Below the pieces are notes generated by a model, which ran no database searches, was not told the origin of the DNA, and worked only from the letters and a program-made list of their open reading frames with translations. From the NCBI GenBank assembly GCA_028826165.1, contig JAPDFW010000077.1:248001-312000 (forward strand): a stretch of DNA of 64,000 nt, read 5' to 3'. This stretch comes from Anaeramoeba ignava BMAN. Taxonomy: Eukaryota; Protista; Anaeramoebae. The translations under genes and the position numbers were made by a program. Of this stretch, positions 48,505 to 61,500 are shown piece after piece. Each line of letters starts with the position of its first letter. Positions within the stretch are counted from its first letter, which is position 1.

Positions 48505-48801
48505 ACAAAATGATTGAAATTTCAATTAATTGATTTTTTTTTTTACAAAAGAAAATTTAATTTCTAAATCAATTTCTAAATATAAATCTAAATCAATTTT
48601 AAATTTATTTTTATTTTTAAATATAAATTTATTCCTATTTTTAAATATAAATTTATTTCTATTTTTAAATATAAGTCTATTCCTAATTTATTTTAAATTT
48701 ATTTTATTTTTAAATATAAATCTAATTCAATTTTTGTTTTTAAATTTTTTTCAATTTTTTTTCATTTTTCATTTCAAAAAAAAAAAGAATAATTTAAAGA
48801 A

Positions 48802-51603
48802 ATGGATCATTTAAAAAATCCGTTAGGACCAAAAAAAACAGAAAAAGATTTTGGATTTGAAGCTGAATTAATATTTAGAAATTTACTTCCTAATTCCAAA
48901 ATTTCTTAAATATAAAAATTCTGTTTTTAAAAGAAATTTTAGAACCTTTTTCATTTTTCATTTGAAAAAATTACTTCCAAAAAGTAAAAATGGATCATTT
49001 AAAAATCCGTTAAACCAAAAACAGAAAAATTAAATTGAAATCAAAATCAAAATTAAAATTAAAATCAAAAATAAAATTGAAATTGAAAATCAAAATCAAA
49101 ATCAAATTCAAAATCAAATTGAAAATCAAAATCAAAATCAAAATCAAAATCGAAATCAAAATCAAAATCAAAATCAAAATCAAAATTAAAATCAAAATCA
49201 AAATCGAAAATCAAAATCAAAATCAAAATCAAAATCAAAATCTCGTTTAAAAGAAATTCAAAATTAAAATCAAAACCTGATTTAAATCTTAAAATCAAAA
49301 TTCAAAGTTCAAAATCAAAATCAAAATCAAAAAAAATCAAAATCAAAATCAAAATTTCAAAAATTAAAAATCAAAATCAAAATCAAAATCAAAATCAAAA
49401 TTAAAATCAAAATCAAAATCAAAATCAAAATCAAAATCAAAATTAAAATCAAAATCAAAATCAAAATCAAAATCAAAATCAAAATTAAAATCAAAATCAA
49501 AATCAAAATTAAAATGAAAATCAAAATCAAAATCAAAATTAAAAAATCAAAATCAAAATCAAAATCAAAATCAAAATCAAAATCAAAATCAAATCAAAAT
49601 CAAAATCTAAAATCAAAATCAAAATCAAAATCAAAATCAAAATCAAAATCAAAATAAAAATCAAAATCAAAATCAAAATCAAAATAAAAATCAAAATAAA
49701 AATTAAAATGAAAATCAAAATCAAAATCAAAATCAAAATCAAAATCAAAATCAAAATCAAAATTAAAATTAAAATTAAAAATAAAAATCAAAATCAAAAT
49801 TAAATTCAAAAATAAAAATTAAAATGAAAATTAAAATGAAAATGAAAATCAAAATTTAAATCAAAATGAAAATCAAAATCAAAATCAAAATCAAAATCAA
49901 AATCAAAATCAAAATTAAAATGAAAATTAAAATTAAAATAAAAATCAAAATCAAAATCAAAATCAAAATTAAAATCAAAATGAAAATCAAAATCAAAATC
50001 AAATTCAAAATCAAAATCAAATTGAAAATCAAAATCAAAATCAAAATCAAAATCAAAATCAAAATCAAAATCAAAATCAAAATCAAAATCAAAATTAAAA
50101 TTAAAATCAAAATCAAAATCAAAATCAAAATCAAAATCAAAATCAAATTCAAAAATAAAAATTAAAATTCAAAAATCAAAATCAAAATCAAAATCAAAAT
50201 TAAAATTTATTCCTAATTTCTATTTTAGGACAAAGTAATAAAATTTTAGATGAAAAAGATAAGATTATTTTAGATGAAACTTTATTTAAAGAAAAACATG
50301 AAAGAGGACAAACTACAGTCCCATGGTTAAGAAGACCATCTTATATGGCAACTTCAATAAAAAGAGTTGAAACGTAAAAAAATAAATTGAAAAATATTTA
50401 AAATTGAAAATATTTAAATTAATATTTGATTCAAAAATATTTTAATTTGAAAATATTTAAATTTGAAAAATATTTAAATTAATATTTGATTCAAAAATAT
50501 TTAAATTAATATTTGATTCAAAAATATTTAAATTTAAAAATATTTGATTTAAAAATATTTAATTGAAAATATTTAGTCAAGAAACACAAAAACCAACAAT
50601 ATCCAAAGAAGAATTATTACAAGAAATTCGACAAACATTTGAAGATGCAAAAAAACCCTTAATTCATCCAACAAATCCAAATGCTGTTCCTGTTGAAGTT
50701 CTTCCACTTTTCCCAGATTTTGAAAGACAAACAACAAATTATTTCACTTTAACTTTTGATATTGATCCATTTCAAAAACCAAAAATTAAACCAGTTATTT
50801 TAAATAATCAAGTTAATCCTGAAATTGAAAATCAAATTGAAATTGAAAATCAAAATCAAATGGAAGTTGAAAATCAAAATCAAATTGAAAATCAAAATCA
50901 AATTCAGATTCAAAATGAAATTGAAAATCAAAATCAAAATCAAAATCAAAATCAAAATCAAAATCAAAATGAAATTCAAAATCAAAATCAAAATCAAAAT
51001 CAAAATCAAAATCAAATTGAAAATCAAAATCAAAATCAAAATCAAAATCAAAATCAAAATCAAAATCAAAATCAAAATCAAAATCAAAATCAAAATCAAA
51101 ATCAAAATCAAAATCAAAATCAAAATCAAATTGAAAATCAAAATCAAAATCAAAATCAAATTGAAAATCAAATTGAAAATCAAATTGAAAATCAAAATCA
51201 AAATGAAATTGAAAATGAAAATGAAATTAAAAATCAAAATCAAAATCAAATTGAAATTGAAAATCAAAATCAAATTGAAAATCAAAATCAAAATCAAAAT
51301 GAAACTGAAAATAAGAAGAAAGCTATTCTTAGATTTGTTAGTGATAAACATGATCAATTCTTTCAATTTTATTCACTTGAAAAATCAAATTTAAACGAAG
51401 AAACTTATTTACAACAAAGAGAATATTTTCATCAACCAACTAATACAGAAGAAATGTTACTTGTTTTCAAAAAAGACCAAATCTCTTATATTAATGTTAA
51501 AAATAAATTACATTGTTATAAAAAAATTAATAAAAGAAATCGATTTCAAAATGAAAAGAAACAAATTGTACTTTCTTATAACAAAAATGAAAAAGAAAAA
51601 TAA
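48802..51603 (+). CDS. PAF1: RNA polymerase II-associated factor 1; 5' exon degraded in this sequence; exon 50229-50373; intron 50374-50576
   Basis: FRNLLP..PKFL, LDEKDKIIL, VPWLRRPSYM, IRQTFEDAK..HPTNPNAVPVEVLPLFPDF, FDIDP, REY. Confidence 0.85.
49030..50205 (+). repeat. (AAAATC)n array in a PAF1 intron
   Basis: Directly visible; ends just before the TTTTAG acceptor at 50228. Confidence 0.92.
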
Positions 51604-51865
51604 TCAAAATTCAATTTAAAATCCAAAAATCAAATTTAAAAATCAAAATTCCAAAATTCCAAAATTCCAATTTACTTTTTTTTTTTTTATTTAGGAATTA
51701 TTTTTTTTTCCACTTTTTTTTTTAATCAAAATAAAAAATTTTTAACGAATCTTTTTTAAATTAAATAAAAATAAACCGTTAAAATCAAAAATAATTTTTA
51801 ATTTTTAATTTAAATCTTTTTTTCATTTTTTTTTATTTCAATATTATTATTAATATTATTAATAA

Positions 51866-54147
51866 ATGAGTGCAAAAAAATTAATTCAATCAATTAAAAA
51901 AGGTTCAAAAAAAAAAGTTATTCTTTCAATAGAAAAAGTGAAAAAAGAAAAAGATTTAATTAAACTTTTATTAAAAGATAATAATGAAGAAATAAATGGA
52001 ATAATTAAAAATTTTTCAAAAAAAGTTAGTTTAAAAAAAGGGAATGAAATTGAATTAGAAAAATTCAAATATGATGCAAAGTAAGAAAATCAAATTTTTA
52101 TTTTTTGATTTATTGATTTGTTTTTTGATTTATTAATTTATTTATTTGGAATTTTTAGAGAAAAATTAATTAAAATTGAAGAATATTCAATTCTTGAAGA
52201 TGAAGATGAAGATGAAAATGAAAATGAAAAAGAAGATGAAAAGGAAAATGAAGATGAAAATGAAGATGAAAATGAAAGTGAAAAAGAAAATGAAGATGAA
52301 AATGAAAAAGAAAATGAAGATGAAAAAGAAAATGAAAAAGAAGATGAAGATGAAAATGAAAAAGAAGAAGAAAATGAAAATGAAAAAGAAGATGAAAAAG
52401 AAATAGAAGATGAAAAAGAAAATGAAAATGAAAGTGAAAAAGAAGATGAAGATGAAAAGAAGAAGAAAATGAAAATGAAAAAGAAGATCAAAAAGAAGAT
52501 CAAAAAGAAGATAAAAATCAAATTGAAAAAGAAGATGAAAAAGAAGATGAAAAAGAAAAAGAAAAAGAAGAAGAAAATGAAAATGAAAAAGAAGATAAAA
52601 ATCAAATTGAAGATAAAAATCAAATTGAAAATCAAATTGAAAATGAAAAAGAAATTGAAAATCAAATTGAAAATGAAAAAGAAGATAAAAATCAAATTGA
52701 AAATGAAAATCAAATTGAAAATGAAAATCAAATGGAAGTAGAATCAACTGAACAATCATCCCAAATAAATTTCCAAGAAGAAAATTGCATATATTTTTCT
52801 CAACTCAATCCTTTGCTTACACAATTCGATATGAAAGTTCGATTAGTTGCTAAATCTGATCCAAAAACTTACACAATTCAAAACAAAACATCAAAATTAT
52901 TACCATTAGTTTTAATGGATGAAAAAAAACAAGAAATTCGAGCAACAATTTTTAATGATTTAATCGATAAATTCATTTCGGAAATCAAAGTAGGTGAATT
53001 ATATTTATTTTCAAATGGGAAAATCAAACTTGCAGAAAGAAAATACGCACCCAAAAATAGTATTTATGAAATCACATTTATTCCAGAAACAAAAATGCAA
53101 AAATTACCTGAAAAATATGCTGAAAATTTCCCGAATATTGATTTTGAATTGGTTCCATTTAGCAAAATTGAGTCAATTCAAGAACAAACATTAATTGATG
53201 TAATTGGAATTTTAGAAGATCTTTCGCCTTTAGAAAAAATCGAGAAATCAGGCGAATTTTCCAATTTCAAACGGAAAGGTATGCTTGTAAATAAAGATTA
53301 TCAAATTGATATTCAATTTTGGGGATCAACTGCTGAAAATATAGAATCCACAATGAAAAATTATCTTGATTCAATTCCTCGTCAAGAGGACAAGATTCCG
53401 CTCGTTGCTTTCAAGCAAGTTCGTGTCATGAGCTATAAAGGGAAATATTTGACTTTCACAGACTTATCTCAAAGTTATTGGGGACCGAATTTACCTGAAG
53501 CGGAAGAAATCAAGAATTTTTATTTAAAAAACACAATGAAAAAAGGATTGGCTCAACAAATCAAAACAAATACGCTAACAAATCTCAGTTATCAAGACGT
53601 AGGAATTGATCAACGATATCTGATTTCGAAGGTTAATAAATTGGAGGATGATAAAAGAAACTTACCTGAGTTTGTTTTTGTGCAGGGAATGGTGGCATAT
53701 ATGAATAAAGATTTAGACAAAATAATGTATCCTGGATGTCTCAATTCGCATTGCAGTCGAAAGGTTGTGAAAAACAAAGATCTTTGGTTTTGCTCAAATT
53801 GCAAGACTCTTAACAAAAAATGTCAATATCGTTATATGATTGATATGAACATTCAAGATTTTACTGATTCAATGTGGTGCATTTGTTTTAATGCTTCAGG
53901 TAAAAGAATCCTTGGAATTTCTGCTGATGAATTGATGAAATTGAAAGAGGAGAATAATTCGCAAGAAATTGAACGTATATTTGACCAAGCTTTATTTAAA
54001 CGTTATATTTGCAAAATTAGAATCCAAAAACATATTTATCAAGAAAAAGAAAAAGTTACAAATACTTTAGTTTATCTTGATCCTTTGATTGAAAGAATTC
54101 GAGAAGAATCAAGAATTTTGATTGAAGAAATTAAGAAATTGAAGTGA
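51866..54147 (+). CDS. RPA1: Replication protein A large subunit; intron 52081-52158; acidic linker with a frame break ~52456
   Basis: OB folds (VRLVAKS, LMDEKKQEIRATIFN, YEITF, IDVIGI) and zinc finger YPGC..CSRKV..WFCSNC..YRY. Confidence 0.92.
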
Positions 54148-54159
54148 AAAAAAGAATTA

Positions 54160-54720
54160 ATTTTTTAATTAATTTTTTATTAATTTTTAATTAATAATTG
54201 AAAAAGTGGAATAAAAAGATAATTTCAAATTAATTATAAATAATTTTTAAATTAATTTTAAATCAATTTTAAATCAATTTCAAATCAAATTTTAATCAAA
54301 TTTAAATCAAATTTTAATTAAATTTAAATCAATTTTTGAAAAAGTGGAATAAAAAGATAATTTCAAATTAAATTATCAAATTAATTTTTAATCAATTTTT
54401 AAATTAATTTTTAAATCAAATTTAAATTAATTTTTAAATTAAATTTAAATCAAATTTTAATTAAATTTAAATCAATTTTTGAAAAAGTGGAATAAAAAGA
54501 TAATTTCAAATTAATTTTTAAATTAATTTTAAATCAATTTTAAATTAATTTTTAAATCAAATTTAAATCAATTTTTTATTAAATTTAAATTAATAATTGA
54601 AAAAGTGGAATAAAAAGATAATTTTTAAATTAAATTTAAATCAAATTTTCAAATCAATTTTTTATTAAATTTAAATTAATTTTTAATTAAATTTAAATCA
54701 ATTTTTAATTAAATTTAAAT
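54160..54720. repeat. Degenerate 118-143-bp tandem repeat with conserved core GAAAAAGTGGAATAAAAAGATAATTT
   Basis: Core at 54200, 54338, 54481, 54599. Confidence 0.85.
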
Positions 54721-54810
54721 TAAAAAAAGGAGAAAAATTATTTTATTTTTTTTTTCTTAATTTAATTTTTTTTCATTTTTCATTTTTTTTTTTGCATTTT
54801 TTTAAAAAAA

Positions 54811-57800
54811 ATGAGTTTAGCAAAATTACCAAAAAACATTGAAATACCAGCACCAATATTTGCTGAACTAGCAGAAAAACAAGCGGAAGAAGAACCACCA
54901 GTTGAATTTACGATTGAAAGAACAAAATATTTAGGAGAAATGAGAGCAAATTATTGTAGATTTCAAAGTAAATTAAAAATCACTGTGATGAAACTTTCCC
55001 GCAAAGAATGGACAGAAATTCCTTTATTTAATACACAAATTGTTGTTGTTTCAAGTCGAATAGAATCGCCGGTAGAAAAAAAAATAACGGAAGAAAAAAA
55101 ACCAGTTGCTTTTATTGGAATCAATAAAAATCAAAGATATTGTTTGTTTGTCAGAATAAAAGGTCAATTTATTATTTCTTTGAAAATTTTCGTTAATTTT
55201 CTTACAAAAAGAAATCAAGCTGTCAAATTTGATATTCCTTATTCAAGAGAAAATACAGTTGAATTCAGAATAATTGGAGATGATGAAATGCATGTTTCTT
55301 GTGATAAGGCAATCAAGGAAAACCAGAAATTTGCTGTTAAGGAAAAGGATCCCGATTTATCAAGTGATCAAGAAAAAAGTGATGATTCAAATTGGGATAA
55401 TTTTGATGATTACGATAAAAAATTTCAACATTTTAAAGATAATGATTTTGATAGTGATAGTGAAAATGATTTTAAATTTGATCAAATTAAAAAATTGGAT
55501 TTGAAATTGGATCAAAATAAACATTTGGATGATAAAAAACAACAAATTTTTGATATGGATAAAGCTAATGATTTCAATAGCGAAAACAGCATGAAACAGG
55601 ATAAGGATATGATGTCAATTCCTGTTCAAACAACACGGAACAAACCTGTATTGAAGGATAAAATGATTTCTTATGATGAAATGAGTGATGAAGATCAAGA
55701 TGAAGATCAAGATGAAAGTGAAAGTGGAAATGAAAATGAAAATGAAAGTGAAAACATTTCATTTGATCAAAATGAATCGGATGAAGATATTTTGATAATG
55801 AATAATAATAATGAAACTTCTACTAAATATTCGTTTGAAAACAAAAAGAATTCTCATGATATTTTTGGTGATGATGATGATGAATTTTTTATAGAGCCAC
55901 AGGAACAAAGACAAGATGATTCTTTCTCTTTCAAGACTGAAGCAGTTCCAAATGATGATCTTTTTCTTCAAGCTGAAGATGAACCAATCCCTTTTACTGG
56001 AGGACTTTCTACAAATAATAATTCAAATAATAATATTGATGATTTGTTTGGAGATAATAATATTAATAATAATATTGATGGTTTGTTTGGAGATAATAAT
56101 ATGAATAATATGAATAATAATATTGATGATGATTTGTTTGGAAATACTAATTCAAATATTAATAATATGAGTTTTAATAGAAGAAGTCCAAGAAATAGCA
56201 ATATTCAACAACAAAATGCATTTATCTCGCAATTAACTCAAAATCAAAATCAAATCCAAAGTAGAGAGCAAACAATTTCACAATTCATGCTTCAACCTTC
56301 AGTCCAACAAAATCCCGAAATAGGAGAAAAATTTCTAGGTCTCCTAAATGAATTAAAAAAAACCAGAAATAATGAACCACCACAACCAATGATACAACAA
56401 TCACAAATGATGCTACCAAATCAACAACATGAATTTAATCGACCGATACAACAACAAGCTTTTCCATCTCAACAAATGGCGATTCCGCAACAACAATATC
56501 AAATGAATCAAACGAATGAATTCGGTTTTTTTGGCGGAAATCAAATGAATCAAATGAATCAACAATTCCAACCATATCAACAAACTCAGAACTATCAATT
56601 TCCTATGAATCAAATGAATCAAATGAACCAATATCAACAAAATCCATTTGAATTCGATCAATCGAATATACCATATCTATATAATCAAAATCAAAATCAA
56701 AATCAAAATCAACAATATCAACAATATCAACAAAACCCATTCGATTTCAATCAAAACATCCGACAAAATCGAAGAGATAGAACAAGATCATCAATTAAAA
56801 ATATTAGATCACCTCAATTATCACAAAACAAATTCATCCAGCAAATCGATCAATTTATTCCCTTTGATAACGAGAAAGAAAACTTCTTCGGAAGAGACAA
56901 CAAACCTCTTTTCGGAAATGGACATACTCTTTTCCATTGCCATGTTCCATCCCTCAACTATTTGCAAATCAGCTGGACAGAAAAATCCTCTTATGATATT
57001 CTCCATCCAACTTCGCAAGTGTCTCAAGTTTCCGCTCCCAAAATTGAAAAATCCAAAATGATTTCTGTTGAACAAAGTGCGACTCATGTGATTCTTGAAA
57101 ATGTAATCACAACAAAATCTTCGTTCCAATTTACAATAACAAATTTTGCGACTTCAAGTCTCGAAATTGCAATTCCAAACAAAAAGCAATTCAAGATTGT
57201 TTCTGTTATTGGGGATCTACTTGAGAAATGGGAAATCATTAAGATCAAAAACGAAGACGAAGACGAAGACGAAAACGAGGAAAACAATCAACTCAGAATC
57301 AAAGCGTTTTTCAAAGAAAAAATACAAGGAGATTATATTTTGGAAATCGATTCAGAAACAGATTTCATGATCGATCAGAAATGCCAAGTCGAAATCCCAA
57401 TTCTTCGCTCAGCAACAAAAGTGCAACGAGAAAAAGGATTTATTTCAGTCAAATCAGAGGTTGATTTCGAGGTTCGAATTGCGAACCAAAAGGGATTGAC
57501 AACAATCCCACCAAAAGAATTACCGAGAAAAATTTCAGACTCATCTGTGATTTATGCGTTTAAGTTTTTGGATCCACAAGTGGATTTAGTTCTTGATTTT
57601 ATAAAGCATCCTTTCTCAGGAAAACTTGTGTCTTCAATCGAAAACGGAAATATCACAACTGTTTGTTCTCCAAACGGAAGTTTTATGTATAGATGCGTTC
57701 TTTCTATCAGAAATCCCGAAAAGCAATTCTTGAAACTGAAATTTCCTTCAGATGAAAAAGACAACAGCGACAAACAAGAATTCACTATTTGGTCAACAAT

Positions 57801-58443
57801 CGTTTCAGAAAACCCAGTCAAACCTGTCAAGACAAAAGAGAATGAGTACTTGATTCCATTGATCAAAACACAACTTGAAACTTTTCAAACTGAAATTATT
57901 TTCATTTCCAAAACGAAATCGATGCAAAAACAAGGGAAACTAACTGTTCATTTCCCACAATTTGATTTGCCTTTGAATTATCTCTTGATTTCTTTATATG
58001 TTCCTGAAAATTATAATTATACTGAATTCACTGGTGATTTAAAAGAAGTTAAAGATATAAATGCAGAATCAAAAATTTCTTTTAAATCACCATCTTTTTC
58101 AAAAACAATGCCTTCAAGAAGAAGGAAAAAAGGTTTATCTTTTATGCAGAAAAAAGAAAATGCTCTAATTCCAATTGAAACAACTAAATATGTTAATCCT
58201 CAAGTTGCTGGTTTACTTCCTGTCAAAATTGATGAAATCAAAAGTGGAAGAGTTTTTTATTTTAAGAAAATGATTGTTCAAAATCAATTTCTTCAAACCA
58301 GTATTGAATATCAAGAAATTGTTAAACCTTTTTATCAAAGAAGGAGATTGATTTCAAATACTAAGAAAAGGCTCATTTATTTCTCTATTATCTTTCTTAT
58401 TTTTATTTCTTTGATTTTTTTATGGAGATTTTTTAGGAAATGA
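54811..58443 (+). CDS. Uncharacterised 1210-aa protein: beta-rich domains split by ~500-aa low-complexity insert, C-terminal transmembrane helix
   Basis: Long intronless ORF with upstream TCATT; terminal LIYFSIIFLIFISLIFLW. Confidence 0.85.
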   Translation: MSLAKLPKNIEIPAPIFAELAEKQAEEEPPVEFTIERTKYLGEMRANYCRFQSKLKITVMKLSRKEWTEIPLFNTQIVVVSSRIESPVEKKITEEKKPVAFIGINKNQRYCLFVRIKGQFIISLKIFVNFLTKRNQAVKFDIPYSRENTVEFRIIGDDEMHVSCDKAIKENQKFAVKEKDPDLSSDQEKSDDSNWDNFDDYDKKFQHFKDNDFDSDSENDFKFDQIKKLDLKLDQNKHLDDKKQQIFDMDKANDFNSENSMKQDKDMMSIPVQTTRNKPVLKDKMISYDEMSDEDQDEDQDESESGNENENESENISFDQNESDEDILIMNNNNETSTKYSFENKKNSHDIFGDDDDEFFIEPQEQRQDDSFSFKTEAVPNDDLFLQAEDEPIPFTGGLSTNNNSNNNIDDLFGDNNINNNIDGLFGDNNMNNMNNNIDDDLFGNTNSNINNMSFNRRSPRNSNIQQQNAFISQLTQNQNQIQSREQTISQFMLQPSVQQNPEIGEKFLGLLNELKKTRNNEPPQPMIQQSQMMLPNQQHEFNRPIQQQAFPSQQMAIPQQQYQMNQTNEFGFFGGNQMNQMNQQFQPYQQTQNYQFPMNQMNQMNQYQQNPFEFDQSNIPYLYNQNQNQNQNQQYQQYQQNPFDFNQNIRQNRRDRTRSSIKNIRSPQLSQNKFIQQIDQFIPFDNEKENFFGRDNKPLFGNGHTLFHCHVPSLNYLQISWTEKSSYDILHPTSQVSQVSAPKIEKSKMISVEQSATHVILENVITTKSSFQFTITNFATSSLEIAIPNKKQFKIVSVIGDLLEKWEIIKIKNEDEDEDENEENNQLRIKAFFKEKIQGDYILEIDSETDFMIDQKCQVEIPILRSATKVQREKGFISVKSEVDFEVRIANQKGLTTIPPKELPRKISDSSVIYAFKFLDPQVDLVLDFIKHPFSGKLVSSIENGNITTVCSPNGSFMYRCVLSIRNPEKQFLKLKFPSDEKDNSDKQEFTIWSTIVSENPVKPVKTKENEYLIPLIKTQLETFQTEIIFISKTKSMQKQGKLTVHFPQFDLPLNYLLISLYVPENYNYTEFTGDLKEVKDINAESKISFKSPSFSKTMPSRRRKKGLSFMQKKENALIPIETTKYVNPQVAGLLPVKIDEIKSGRVFYFKKMIVQNQFLQTSIEYQEIVKPFYQRRRLISNTKKRLIYFSIIFLIFISLIFLWRFFRK

Positions 58444-58564
58444 ATTTTTTTTCTCTTTTTGAATTCCTTTTCAAATTATCACAATTTTGAAATTTTTGAA
58501 TCAAACAAACTTTTTTTCTTCTCAAAATAAAAAGAAAAAACAAGACTAATTTTGATTTATTTTA

Positions 58565-61500
58565 ATTAAAATTTATTTAGAATTTATTTAAAATTAAATT
58601 AAAATTTAGATTTATTTTAATTTAGTATTTAATTATTAAATTTATTTAGAATTAAATTTAAAATAGATTTATAATTAAATTATAATTAATTTATAATTAA
58701 TTATTATTAATAAATTAAATTAAAAATTTTAATCAATTTTATATTAAAATTTAGATTTATTTTGATTTAATATTTATTTATTGAACTTATTTAGAATTAA
58801 ATTTATAATAGATTTATAATTAAATTATAATTAATTATTATTATAAAATTTAAATTTATTTTGAATTCAATTTTAATCAATTTTATATTAAAATTTAGAT
58901 TTATTTTAATTTAGTATTTAATTATTAAATTTATTTAGAATTAGATTTATAAGAGATTTATAATTAAATTATAATTAATTATTATTAAAAATTAAATTAA
59001 AAATTAAATAAATATTTTAATCAATTTTATATTAAAATTTAGATTTATTTTGATTTAATATTTATTTATTAAATTTATTTAGAATTAGATTTAAAATAGA
59101 TTTATAATTAAATTATAATTAATTATTATTAATAAATTAAATTAAAAATTAAATAAATATTTTAATTAATTTTATATTTAAAAATTAAATTTATTTTGAT
59201 TTAGTATTTAATTATTAAATTTATTTAGAATTAAATTTAAAATAGATTTATAATTAATTTATTATTAATTATTATTAAAAATTAAATTTATTTTGAATTC
59301 AATTTTAATCAATTTTATATTAAAATTTAGATTTATTTTAATTTAATATTTATTTATTAAACTTATTTAGAATTAGATTTAAAATAGATTTATAATTAAA
59401 TTATAATTAATTATTATTAAAAATTAAATTTATTTTGAATTCAATTTTAATCAATTTTATATTAAAATTTAGATTTATTTTAATTTAATATTTAATTATT
59501 AAATTTATTTAGAATTAGATTTAAAATAGATTTATAATTAAATTATAATTAATTATTATTAAAAATTAAATTTATTTTTGAATTCAATTTTAATCAATTT
59601 TATATTAAAATTTAGATTTATTTTAATTTAATATTTAATTATTAAATTTATTTAGAATTAAATTTAAAATAGATTTATAATTAAATTATAATTAATTATT
59701 ATTATAAAATTTAATTAAAAATTAAATAAATATTTTAATTAATTTTATATTTAAATTTATATTTATTTTAATTTAATATTTATTTATTAAATTTATTTAG
59801 AATTAGATTTAAAATAGATTTATAATTAAATTATTATTAATTATTATTAATAAATTAAATTAAAAATTAAATAAATATTTTAATCAATTTTTATATTAAA
59901 ATTTAGATTTATTTTAATTTAATATTTATTTATTAAATTTATTTAGAATTAGATTTAAAATAGATTTATAATTAATTTATTATTAATTATTATTAAAAAT
60001 TAAATTTATTTTGAATTCAATTTTAATCAATTTTATATTAAAATTTAGATTTATTTTAATTTAATATTTATTTATTAAACTTATTTAGAATTAGATTTAA
60101 AATAGATTTATAATTAAATTATAATTAATTATTATTATAAAATTTAAATTTATTTTGAATTCAATTTTATTCAATTTTAATCAATTTTATATTAAAATTT
60201 AGATTTATTTTAATTTAGTATTTAATTATTGAACTTATTTAGAATTAGATTTAAAATAGATTTATAATTAATTTATTATTAATTATTATTAATAAATTGA
60301 ATAAAAATTAAATAAATATTTTAATAAATTTTATATTAAAATTTAGATTTATTTTGATTTAATATTTAATTATTAAATTTATTTAGAATTATATTTAAAA
60401 TAGATTTATAATTAAATTATAATTAATTATTATTAATAAATTAAATTAAAAATTAAATAAATATTTTAATCAATTTTATATTAAAATTTAGATTTATTTT
60501 AATTTAATATTTAATTATTAAATTTATTTAGAATTATATTTAAAATAGATTTATAATTAAATTATAATTAATTATTATTAATAAATTAAATTAAAAATTA
60601 AATAAATATTTTAATCAATTTTATATTTAAATTTAGATTTATTTTAATTTAATATTTATTTATTAAATTTATTTAGAATTAGATTTAAAAATAAATTTAT
60701 AATTAATTTATTATTAATTATTATTAATAAATTGAATAAAAATTAAATAAATATTTTAATCAATTTTATATTAAAATTTAGATTTATTTTGATTTAATAT
60801 TTAATTATTAAATTTATTTAGAATTATATTTAAAATAGATTTATAATTAAATTATTATTAATTACTATTAAAAATTAAATTAAAAATTAAATAAATATTT
60901 TAATCAATTTTATATTTAAATTTAGATTTATTTTAATTTAATATTTATTTATTAAATTTATTTAGAATTAGATTTAAAATAGATTTATAATTAAATTATT
61001 ATTAATTATTATTATAAAATTTAATTAAAAATTAAATAAATATTTTAATCAATTTTATATTAAAATTTAGATTTATTTTAATTTAATATTTAATTATTAA
61101 ATTTATTTAGAATTAGATTTAAAATAGATTTATAATTAATTTATTATTAATTATTATTAATAAATTAAATTAAAAATTAAATAAATATTTTAATCAATTT
61201 TATATTTAAATTTAGATTTATTTTAATTTAATATTTATTTATTAAATTTATTTATAATTATATTTAAAATAGATTTATAATTAAATTATTATTAATTATT
61301 ATTAATAAATTAAATTAAAAATTAAATAAATATTTTAATCAATTTTATATTAAAATTTAGATTTATTTTGATTTAATATTTATTTATTAAGTTTAGTTAG
61401 AATTAGATTTAGAATAGATTTATAATTAAATTATAATTAATTATTTTTAAAAAATTAAATTTATTTTTGAATTCAATTTTAATCAATTTTATATTAAAAA

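Noticed and set aside
54200-54625. CRISPR-like repeat-spacer array
   Set aside because: Spacers are ~90-115 bp and resemble each other, there are no cas genes, and the context is eukaryotic.
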